Source: Perna viridis
Taxonomy: Eukaryota
Length of the DNA: 64,000 nucleotides
Reading direction: 5' to 3'
NCBI GenBank assembly: GCA_037379345.1
Contig: CM074511.1
Span: 45,452,862 to 45,516,861 of the forward strand
Both the position numbers and the translations under genes were made by a program. Positions 39,190 to 50,095 of the stretch are shown here, one piece after another (position 1 is the stretch's first letter; each line of letters begins with the position of its first letter). The notes beneath the pieces are model-generated. The model made no database searches. It worked only from the letters and a program-made list of their open reading frames with translations, and was not told the DNA's origin.

Positions 39190-39860
39190 ACAAACGACAA
39201 ACGCGGTGACTTCATTCCGAATTTTCAACTTTCTTTTCATATGTGGCAACATCCCTTCCGCCCCTGCACATGGAGTTTTCATATCACAACTCGCTCCTTA
39301 TTCCAGAGCTTACTGTAACTACCAAGACTTGAATCGCGCTAGACTTCTTACAATTAGGCTTTTTGAACAGGGTTATGTTGCTACAAGATTGAAGTAATCA
39401 CTACAGAAGTTTTATTGTCGTCATTATGAACTCGTGTATGGTTACGTTGTATCTATCTGCACCATGAAAACTGATTTGTTCAACGTGTCATAGTTTTCCT
39501 TTCCTACCTTGGACTCAACTCGGCGGATGTTTCTAGAAAAGCTTAGGACGCCCACCTTACCGGTGCATTTGGTCCATGCTCCCAGTTTTAGTGGATTACG
39601 AGTTGCTCATTGACTTTGTCACTGTATTATTTTGGTTATTTTATGTTTCTTTGTTGTGTGTATCCTTTTTCCATGTCTGGTCTTTGTCCCTGGTTTACAT
39701 TCTTCTGATTTCCGCAAGAATCTTGGTTCTCTTGATTACTTTCTTCATTTTTGTTCCCATTGAGAAACCGACCGTTTTTTTTAAAAACAGGTCCACCACA
39801 ATGGACAAATATGTGGTCAATAAAAAATTCCAGCATTTTGACAATATCTTCTTCGGTTCG
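39190..39860 (+). mobile_element. Penelope-like 3' fragment with terminal repeat, joined to an inverted RT piece
   Basis: SFRIFNF.FICGNIPSAPAHGVFISQL...EQGYVATRLK on +, terminal repeat to ~39742, then minus-strand MLEFFIDHIFVHCGG. Confidence 0.85.
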
Positions 39861-40036
39861 CTTAAAATATGATTTGCAATTTTTAGTTTACAAAGCATCG
39901 ACAATATCTACCACGTACTACGTATTTGCATGTAGGTGTTCCGTCTTTTTTGAAGTGACAATGATGTATAATGCTATGGAGTTGGTATTTCAACTAAGTA
40001 TGGGAAATAGTAGTATGAATGGTTGAAAAATCACAG

Positions 40037-40440
40037 GTCTACCCCGGACTTGACTTTTTATGAGCAACTCGGCGGGTGTTTCTAGAAAAGCAGAGGACGC
40101 TTACCCTACCGGTGCACCTGGTCCATGCTCCCAGTTTTTAGTGGAGTCCGAGTTGCTCATTTACTTTTGTTACTTTGTATGTATGATTTTAGTTACTTTA
40201 TGTTCTTTGTTGTGTGTGTCTGTTTTCCATTTCTGGTCTTTGTCCCTGGATTACATTCTTTTGATTACCGCTATAACCTTGGTTCCCTTGATTACTCTTG
40301 ATTCCATAATATTCCAGTAATAATCTAGCATTGGACGTTTCCAGAAGATCTCTTGAATTTTTCAGGAACAACATCGAATGGATACCACAACGAGATTAAC
40401 AAGTGTTGTGGTAAGACCGAAGACCCTCTAAATTCAGAAT
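40037..40440 (+). mobile_element. Solo Penelope-like terminal repeat plus inverted RT piece
   Basis: 40037-40299 is the reverse complement of the 42.65-43.41 kb units; 40300-40435 resembles 44320-44445 in the opposite orientation to the repeat. Confidence 0.85.
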
Positions 40441-42648
40441 TCACATTGGCAAACAAGTAGTTGTATAAGGCACCAGCCATATTACCTCCCTTCCCGGTCG
40501 GTGTTTTACAGAATTACGAATTGTTAATTTGATTTTAAGTATATTTATGTCATTTATTATAACCGGTATATGTATACATATATGTTGGATTTTTCAACGT
40601 CATAAATTGAGGAGGCTGGGAATATAAGTTGTTCATTTAACAAAAGAAATCACTTTGTGCGGGCATTTTGTATATGGGGCTTATACCAAGCATGTAATTA
40701 TATATGTAGATGTAAATAGTTCCTATTACATGATTTGGAGCGAATGCTTATTAAGTAACATATGATATATAATCATTGTAATTGACGAAGGCATTTTATT
40801 TTTCTTTCTATCACTTTCTTAAATATAATCTATGTTGAAAGTATATGAATTCTTTTTGACACATCCACTTGAACAATTTATAAAACTTATTCTGAAAATT
40901 TTATGGCCCTTGGTGTTTACGTGTCATATTTTGTCATTCTGTTAATGTCATATATTCGTAAATGGAGAGAAAGACAGATTTGTCTTATCCGTTTGTCATG
41001 CTTCTTTGACAATAAGATAAGTTTAAAGTTAAGTATTTCGTTAACGGCATTAGTTGTTTTCGTTAGGTCAGACATTGTCACATACAATTGTACAATTTAC
41101 TTTATTTATACAAGATGTAATAATGTAAGAATGACTCTAAACATGCGTACCATAATGAAAGGAAAAAACCTTTTTTTTTAATTATTTCTTGATCTCCGAT
41201 TATAGAGATACAATTAGGCTATAGCTTTACATCGCTTTCAAATTAACCAATCTATAAAACGAAAAATACTATATGAAGATGTTATCTAGTTTTTCGTTCA
41301 TCTTAGAAGGTTAAGTTAATAACTTACTGTGGCAAGCAGGTAATTTGACATCATTAATGCTATTTTGTATGACTTAGATAGTATATTTCCAGTCTGGTGA
41401 ACAACTGAAAAATATTTTTTGGTCTATATTTCTTTGCTTAATATTCGTACAGAAAAACGCAAATTTAAGTTATTGCCATATTGATTAACTCTTTATAATT
41501 CACTTGATTAACTAGCAATATATATACTTGGGTTATATCAATTTATTTCTCTACATACAATTTTCTCAATAGCTACTATTGCGAAATTAGAGATTTTCTA
41601 AACAGGGATGTCTTATCTATTTTTTCTTAAAATATGAAAACACATACATTTTATGAAGTGCTAAACAACGAATTCTCTTTATTTACTTATCTAATTAACT
41701 TAATTGCTTTCTTATTATTCTATAATGTTTGATCTCAATTAAATATAACCTTTTCACATTCACAATGGCCAGGGCCTCCATGGGCCCTTCTTTGGATAGG
41801 CAGTGTTTTATCACCCATATCGACAACTAGTTCATTATCAAAATGTAGAGCAAGGTTTTTTCCGAATTCGTTTTAATTTATATCATAATGAAATTGATTA
41901 CCCGTTAAATTTGGATTTTTAAACATTTAACTTTATAAGGCATTGTTTATTCAAGATTCAAATAGCACTCGAACAAAGATTGTCCGATTCATGCGTCAGA
42001 CAACAGTTTAAAAACATATTAAATCTAGCAGGTAAAGAGCGATAATTCTTGATTTTTTTCGCTTCCTCGTTTTCCTTTGGTTCAATTTACGCTAATTTAA
42101 AAGTTTGGACGGAGCATATAAATTCTAATACAGCCAAACTTTTCCTTTACTCTAAAATGTTTGAATAATAACTTTTCCTACCGGCGCATTGAATAAATTC
42201 TTTTTCGGTTTACATTATGATATCAAGGTCTTTTGGTAATAATTTTTAAATGTTGATTTTTATCAGACGTATAAGACAAGTAAAAGAGACTGGTTCGTTC
42301 AAAAATTTCCATGCACCATTAATGACTGAATCGCTTTTATAAAAACATTTGTTAAATTCACAATGATTTAATTTTGAAGATATCTCTTACAGATTAAAAA
42401 TATTTACAAATAATGCGACCGTAGTACTAATAAATATGACAAGCCAATCAATTTACTCGGAATAATATGAAAAAAATATTTTTCAACTGCTTACTAGTAT
42501 TTAATTTTAAATAACTATGCTATGTTATGACCCTTGAAGTTTAGGTTATTATTTCGTCATTCAGTTAACATGGTATTTATAATCAGAGAAATACACTATG
42601 TTAGTCGGGTTCTTTTGTCTTATCCTTTTGTTTTGATGTCATTTAAAA

Positions 42649-43412
42649 GATTAATCAAGGGAACCAAAATTCTAGCGGGAATCAAAGGAATGCAACCAGA
42701 GACAAAGACCTGGCATGGAAAACAGACACACACAACAAAGAACATTAATAACCAAAATAATACATGCAAAGTAACAAAAGTAAATGGGCAACTCGGACTC
42801 AACTAAAAACTGGGAGCATGGACCAGGTGCACCGGTAGGGTAAGCGTTCTCTGCTTTTCTAGAAACACCCACCGAATTGCTCATAAAAAGTCAAGTCAAG
42901 GAGTAATCAAGGGAACCAAAGTTATAGCGGTAATCAAAAGAATGTAATCCAGGGACAAAGACCAGACATGGAAAACAGACACACACAACAAAGAACATAA
43001 AGTAACTAAAATCATACATACAAGGTAACAAAAGCAAATGAGCAACTCGGACTCAACTAAAAACTTGGAGCATGGACCAGGTGCACCGGTAGGGTGAGCG
43101 TCCTCTGCTTTTCTAGAAATACCCACCGAATTGCTCATAAAAAGTCAAGTCAAGGAGTAATCAAGGGAACCAAGGTTATAGCGGTAATCAAAAGAATGCA
43201 ACCCAGAGACAAAGACTTGACATGGAAAACAGACCCACACAACAAAGAACATTAATAACCAAAATAATACATACAAAGTAACAAAAGTAAATGGGCAACT
43301 CGGACTCCACTCAAAACCGGGAGCATGGACCAGGTGCACCGGTAGGGTAAGCGTCTTCTGCTTTTCTAGAAACACCCGCCGAGTTGCTCATAAAAAATCA
43401 AGTCCGGGGTAG
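42649..43412 (-). repeat. Three tandem ~252-254-bp PLE terminal repeats
   Basis: Unit marker GA(G/T)TAATCAAGGGAACC at 42649, 42901 and 43155. Confidence 0.92.
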
Positions 43413-43472
43413 ACAAACGAGGAAAGGAAAACTATGACCCGTTGAACAAATCAGTTTTTTTTTTCATGTTTT

Positions 43473-46130
43473 TCATACACCGTAACTATCCACGAGTTCA
43501 TGATGACGACCATAAAACTTCTGTAGTAATGACTTTAATCTTGTAGCAACATAACCCTGTTCCAGAAGCCTATTTGTTAGAGTTCTAGTGCAATACAAAA
43601 AGTCTGCGTAGTTTCGGCAAGCTCTGACATAACGTATGAGTTGTGATATGAACACTCCATACGCAGGTGCTGAAGGGATGTTGCCACAGATGAAAGAAAA
43701 GTTGACAATTCTGAATGAAAAGTCATCACGTTTGTCGTAAAGTTTGGTCAATAATTTTCCTTTACCATCGATTTCTAAGTGTAGGTCAAGATACGAGGCC
43801 GACTTCACAGTGTCTGTAGTATCCTTTATCTCAAATTCTTTGGGGTAGATGCGTTGTATCAAATCCCCGAAATTAGGATTGTTTAAAGATAATACGTCAT
43901 CTATATAGCGGAAACAGAGATCAAAGGATCTAGCCAAGCGATATTCTTTCTTTCGGATCAGATCAGCTATGAATTCAGCCTCATAAGAGTGAAGGAATAG
44001 GTCAGCAAGTAAAGGAGCACAATTTGTTCCCATTGGAATGCCGACCGTTTGTTGAAAAACACGTCCACCACACCTGGCAATTATGTTGTCGATTAAAAAT
44101 TCCAGCATTTTGTAAACATCTTCCTCTGTATATTTGGATTATGATTTTGGAATTAGTTCTTACAAAGTATGAGGAATCTCTACCAAGAACTATATATTTG
44201 TATCTAGGTGTACCATCTTCTTTGGAAAAACAACGATACATAATGTTTTTAAGTCGAGATTTTAACTGAATATGGAGAATAGAAGTCTACAATGTTGAAA
44301 AAGCATAGGTTTTAATGCTATTATATTCAGATAATATTCTTGAACTGATTGTCTCCAAAAGATCTTTCGAATTTTTCATGATCCACATTGAATTAATACC
44401 ACTACATGAGTAACAAGTGTTGTGGTAGGACTGCAGACCCTCTTTGACAGTTGTGAGTACAGAAATTAAAAGTTTTGAAAGAGGTTTGGTGGTACATTTT
44501 GCAGATCCAGCTATGAAACGTTGTTTGTATGGATTCTTGTGGAGTTTAGGAATCCAGTACATAGACGGTAAATCACAATCATCGTCCGTGGTAGAGAGAC
44601 CAAAAGAGGATAGCACAGATTTATGGTTTTCCACAACCTTATCACTGTTATTATTTTCTACGTCTACCTCTGATAACATACATTGGATGTAAACCGTTTT
44701 GCAGACAAAAACAATGTTGTTTTGGGCTTTGTCTGCTGGTACGACAACATATTTGTCATGTATAGTAGACAATGTTTTTGCTACATCGGGGTCTTTGAAA
44801 ACCGGTGTAGCCTTTGCACTCATTGACCTACTTAAAACTTTCATTCGTTTCAAAATTAAAGACCTCACGGCATTTAACCACTCTGACAGAGAATCAATGT
44901 CTTCTTGTTCTCATTTTATCCATTTTCTTGCATAGTCCTCGACGGCATCCATAAGAACTTTAAAGTTATAATTCCAATTTATGGAGCGTGGTTCACGGTA
45001 CTTGGGCCTTTAGAAAGGATTTTACGCAGAGATTCGTTTTCGATGATTGTTAAATCTCCCGTAACGACGTGACCAGAAGAACCATATTTGAATGGAGAGT
45101 TTTTGCAAGAACAGTGAGGTGGTTTAGCCTCGAGGTCCTCAATCTCGAGGTTCTGCAATAGCCTTTTATAATTGAAAATTATTTTGGATGCAATCGGTGA
45201 AGTATAGGAATATGAAATAATTGGTATGGATTTGTCTTTGAAATTTGGGGAAATTTTGTTGGTAACGTTTTTATGATGGAGGATTTTAGCCAAATCAATC
45301 GAATCTATACCTTTGTTGACCGCTTTTCTTCATCTTTAAAGAGTTTGTGGAAAACAATATCCAAAATGATGGCAACAAGTCTGTATAATGATGAGGTGGG
45401 GTCAGAAACAGGAGTGTCAAGACTTGTTTTGTAAAGGGAGTGTAGTAGAGTGAGAGGTATATAATAAAGTTTGGTTCTAATGTGATGAAGTTCAAGAGGT
45501 TTTTGTATGAAAGGAAGGAGACCATCTATGGATACATCATGTAACTTAGGTGACGTATAGTGGCGATGGCCATGACTCGTCTTGGATTTTTGTCAAATAA
45601 ATTCATCACAATTATGCTATTGTTATGTTGGCTTGAAAGGTTTCCTATACTTTTGATGTTGTCATTGCATCCGTAAGGTGTTGCAGTACCTAGTCTGCGT
45701 ATCCAGTACTCCTCTCTTTCCCTACGATAGTTTTTACTTAGAACGGGACTGTTCGGAGGATGGTAATTTTTTTCTAAAATACGAACTTTCATATAGAGGA
45801 TTGAATGATTTTGTTGATTAAAGTGTTGATAAACTGTCGGGAATTTGGTGGTGTTAATTCCCGAACGATGACCGCATATTCTTTTGTTTAATCGTTCTGG
45901 CGTTTCTCCCACATATACTAAACGACATAAGTTGCATTCTAATCCATATATTAAGTTTGTTGATTTGCAACTTAAGTAATCGTGACTTCTTGTATGGATG
46001 GTTTTGTTTGTAGGGGAACCGGAGAAGTAAGAGTCGGTTATAAGAATGTTGCATGTTTTGCATTTTTAATACCACAGTTTGATATGGTACAATGTGGTTC
46101 GTCATCGTTATAGTCAAATATATCATTTAA
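43473..46130 (-). pseudogene. Frameshifted GIY-YIG + reverse transcriptase ORF of the Penelope-like element
   Basis: ORF-track pieces 45526-45912, 44979-45293, 44287-44868 and 43473-44108 are collinear domains of one PLE protein. Confidence 0.9.
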
Positions 46131-48026
46131 AGCTATGGAACATGGTTTGATAAGGGTAGAGGAAAACGTTGAATAAATCAGTTTTCATGGTGCAGATGGA
46201 TACACCGTAACGATACAAAAGGTCATGATGACGACCATAAAACTTCTGTAGTGATGACTTTAGTCTTGTAGCAACATATCCCTGTTCCAGAAGCCTAACT
46301 GTAAGAATATCTAGCGCGATACGAAAAGTCAGCATAGTTACAGCAAGGTCTGGTAAAAGTTTTGAAAGAGGTTAGGTGGTACATTTTGCAAATCCAGCTA
46401 TGTAGCGTTGTTAGTATGGATTCTTGTGGAGTTTAGGAATCCAATACATAGATGGTAGATCCCAATCATCGTCTTTGGTAGAGAGACTAAAGAAGATAGC
46501 ACAGATTTAAGGTTTTCCACTATCTCTTCTTTGGAGAGTGTAGTAGCAGAATAGGTCTTATAATTGCCATTTTTTCTACATCTACCTCTGATAATAAACA
46601 TTGAATGTAATAAGTTTTGCAGACAAAAAACAGTGTTAAAATTTACTATTTTGTTTTACTGTTATCGTAATGTTCTTTAGATCAGACATTGTCACAACTG
46701 TACATAACTGCTACATGATATTGTCTATTCTTGAATAATGTAACATATATAAAAATGCCCCTAGATTGAGTATTATAGTATTAGGAAAAAGTAATCAAGG
46801 TCATCAAGATTCTAGCGGAAATTTAAAAAAAAAGTAATCCTGGGACAAAGACCAGACATGGAAAACGGACACATATAACAAAGAACATAAAATAACCAAA
46901 AGAATACGTACATATAAATAATGAACTAAAATTCATTATAAGAATGTAGATATGTGAATTTTTCGACATTCGTTTAAATTTATTGCATGATAAATGGAAT
47001 ATCACATTAAATTAGGAATATAAACATTTTTATTTATAAGGTATTGTTTATTCAAGATTTAAGTACAAGAACACAAATCACACTTCAAAACAAAATTTAA
47101 CAGCCAAAGATCGATAACTCTTGAATTTTTTCACGTTTCTTCATTTTCCTTTGATTCAAATAAGGTAATAAATTCTGACCTAGACAAACTTTTCCTTTTG
47201 ATGACTTACTCTACCAGTACATTGAATTCAATCTTTTCGGTTCACGGTTATTGTAATATCAAGGTCTAGTAGTAATTTTCAATTGACCAGAAGAAAGAAA
47301 TGTCTTGATTTCATACATGTATGAGAAGTAAATGGTAAGTATGTTCAACTGTAGTTAATCCAAAACTTTTCCATGTACCTTAAATAGTTAAATCTTCTAT
47401 ACAAAAGACCTGTTAACAATGATTTATCTTAGTAGATTTCTCTTGCAGATTATAGATATTAAATCATTCAATCACAGTATGCTAAATATGACAAGCCAAT
47501 CAATTCACTCGGAATAGTGCAGAAATTTTATTTTACAAACTTATACTGTAACGTAATAGTAGATAATGTTACGCTTACTCAGGTAGTGTTACAGTACTTA
47601 AAGTGTATTATACAAAAAAAAAAAAAAAACAAAAAACTCCTGTATAATATTGTCTATGCTTGAATTTCGTTACAATAATAAAAATGCATCTAAAATGTAC
47701 AATATTATTGGAATGTTACAGTATTCTTTGTTTTCTTCTGTGATCTATGATTACAGCAGTACCAAAGGCTATTATACTTTTTACACCTTTTTCACTGAAT
47801 GCGCCAATATGTCCCAAAATAATTTTTTAAAGTTTTTTTTTAAAATAGTTTTGCTTTGTTTATAAATTATTAAGTTAAAATTTACCCAGACAAACATACA
47901 GTACCCTACATAATAACATCTAAATGTACTGTCCCGTACTACCATACATCGTGTACTAAGTTACAGCCCTAGATTAACCCTACCAGGAGGAATGACCCGG
48001 CCAGCGAAAACTATATTTTTATATAG

Positions 48027-48078
48027 CCTAGGTGGCCGAGTGGTCTAGGGCGCTGGACTTGGCGCAGGCGGTGTTGCC
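48027..48078 (+). mobile_element. tRNA-derived SINE head, truncated
   Basis: GCCTAGGTGGCCGAGTGGTCTAGGGCGCTGGACT has an A-box (TGGCCGAGTGG) and tRNA-like 5' half, but no B-box or acceptor stem. Confidence 0.5.
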
Positions 48079-50095
48079 ATTTTTGTAATTTCAAAATATT
48101 TCAGATATTTGTTTAAGATAATTATAATTAGTTAAAATCCGGGAATATCACGTTGAAATGGTATTATATTTTTTTTTACTTTTTTTAAGTCTGAAGCAAG
48201 CATAATTCTAGCCCTCCCAAACGTTTCCTTTAATCTAAGCATACCCACCCTATCGGTGCATATAATGCTTATTTCAGGGTTCAAGTAGTTGTTATACCAT
48301 GGTCTGTTAAAAGTGTTGAAATCAGCCAGAACTGACTCGATGCATAATTTTATGGTCTTTATCCCGTTTATGCCAAATAATTGATTATCTTGGCATTCTT
48401 CCATTCAACTGTAGTAAATTCGAAAGTTTCCATACCCTTTTGGAGATAAAATCGCCTTTATAAAGAACCAGTTCACAATGGTAGTTTTATAGACTATAAA
48501 TATTTACAATATTTATTTAGTCCTAATACTGCTAAATATGGCAAGCAAATCGATTCACTCGATATAAAACATAACTTTTACAAATGATTACGGTAACTAC
48601 ATAAATGCAAGATTTTATTTTAGACAAGGTCATGCGACATAGCAAACTTGAGAGCAGTTTACGGTTTATGAACCGCGAAGCGGTTAAAAATTGAAAACAA
48701 TCCTAATAATTCAATTTCCGATTGATTAAAGTCAAAGCTAAGACTTGTTCCTTCATCAAAGCCTTATTTAGTTTGGAATTATTTTAATTATGGACTGCGG
48801 ACCGATCGACGTTAATGACGACACAGTTTTAAATTATTTTATTGGAAATAACTTGCCCAGATAAGAAATAAACAATCAAATAAAATCATTTCAAAATAAA
48901 TTACGTATAGTTCATTGTTAGATCGGTCGACGTTGGCGAGTTCCATAAATAATTCAATAATTATCTCCCTTAACTTTGTCAATAGCGAATTAGTGAGGAC
49001 CCTCATTCAAAACGTAATTCTATACGGACAGCTTGAATCGTGAATAAGACCACATCAAGTGTTTGCTTACAGCGACGGAGCGTTAGCGACGTCGTATATA
49101 TTCAGATGCTCTGAAACATAAAACGCACAGCATGTGTTATAGGAAGTCATACATGTTCCCGTTGGTCGAGACATCAGCAATAAAATGGCATAGCACTACA
49201 TAATCAACAAAGTCGACTATTACATCTTTATAAATGGCTCCGTCCATCATAGGCACAGCATAAAATGATGTTAATAAAACGTTAGACATATTTGCGAAAA
49301 GAGCATTTAATTAAAAAAAAAATCTTAAATTTCTTTTTGTACTTATTTTTTTGTAGGCCATGTTTCTTTGATTGGCTTTACTCTCTATATATATTTTTAT
49401 AAAACAAATGCTTAGAATTTAAATATAGTTAAGCAGTGCCTACCTAAACACATGTTAAAAAGACTTACCATGACGTCAGGAGAGTCATAGAATAATTAGG
49501 TTTGATAATATTTTTATAATACTAGTAATGAATGTAAGTGTTTCATATGGGAGATTTAAACCATAATATAAACCCTTAAAACACTTAGGTTACACACGGA
49601 AGAACTTCATGGTTCTAGATTCATTTTTGCTTTCCTGTTTTGATCATTTTTGGTTTTGAGCACTTCTTGTATACAATTTATTATTTCATCGTGTACTTCC
49701 AAAGTATTTGTTTTTTATCTTTTGATTCTGCTAATGAAAGAATAGTCGTTGAAACACGTAAAACAGCATACCGAAGTGTTTGTTTTCTGTAACAAGCAGT
49801 TTCTTTGAACATGATATATTCTTATCTTGTCGTGTCCTCGTTTTTGGACCATGCTTATCTCTGATATTCGGTGTATCTTAGTGCTGTCTAGTTGTTGGTG
49901 GTAATGGGCAGCTTTTCGTTCCTTGTTGGTTTTGGTATGTTTAAATATTGTGAATTTGGTGTATCATTTTCCAATGCAAGATTTAACGGTTGAAAAGTTG
50001 TTTTTTTTTTACAATTTGTAAATTAAAAAAAAAACGATGTATTTTACATGCCGATAAACAAATCGAACAAACCTTTCTTGTTTTTTTATACACAG

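Larger units (their letters stand above)
42649..46915 (-). mobile_element. Penelope-like retroelement with N-terminal GIY-YIG endonuclease then RT (Naiad-type), decayed
   Basis: From ~46130 downwards: Cys knuckle (CGIKKCKTC..C), GIY-YIG (LIYGLECNLCRLVYVGET..RICGHR..REEYWIRRLGT..PYGCN), linker CSC..H, RT (VVVPADKA, YWIPKLHK, GIPMGTNCAP, FRYIDD, LYDKRDDF) to 43473. Several frameshifts and stops. Three tandem ~252-bp 3' repeats at 42649-43412; rearranged partial copy 46130-46640; repeat fragment 46790-46915. Confidence 0.93.
41840..48590. repeat. Three diverged direct copies of a non-coding unit (~41840-42490, ~46940-47545, ~48150-48590)
   Basis: Shared blocks ATTGTTTATTCAAGATT, CAAACTTTTCCTTT, ATATCAAGGTCT, TTTCCAT, AAATATG(A/G)CAAGC(C/A)AATC(A/G)ATT(T/C)ACTCG in the same order; copy 3 is partial. 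Confidence 0.7.

Noticed and set aside
40060-43375. Repeated small ORFs MSNSAGVSRKAEDAYPTGAPGPCSQ...
   Set aside because: They arise from the PLE terminal repeat; frames break among copies and conservation fits RNA structure better.
44911-44913. In-frame TGA in the Naiad-type ORF as possible selenocysteine
   Set aside because: Context WIK*E fits a CGA>TGA CpG decay at an Arg position rather than a Cys position; conserved Cys codons are TGT/TGC and the copy has other lesions.
48027-48078. tRNA gene
   Set aside because: Only the 5' half with an A-box; no T-arm or acceptor stem.
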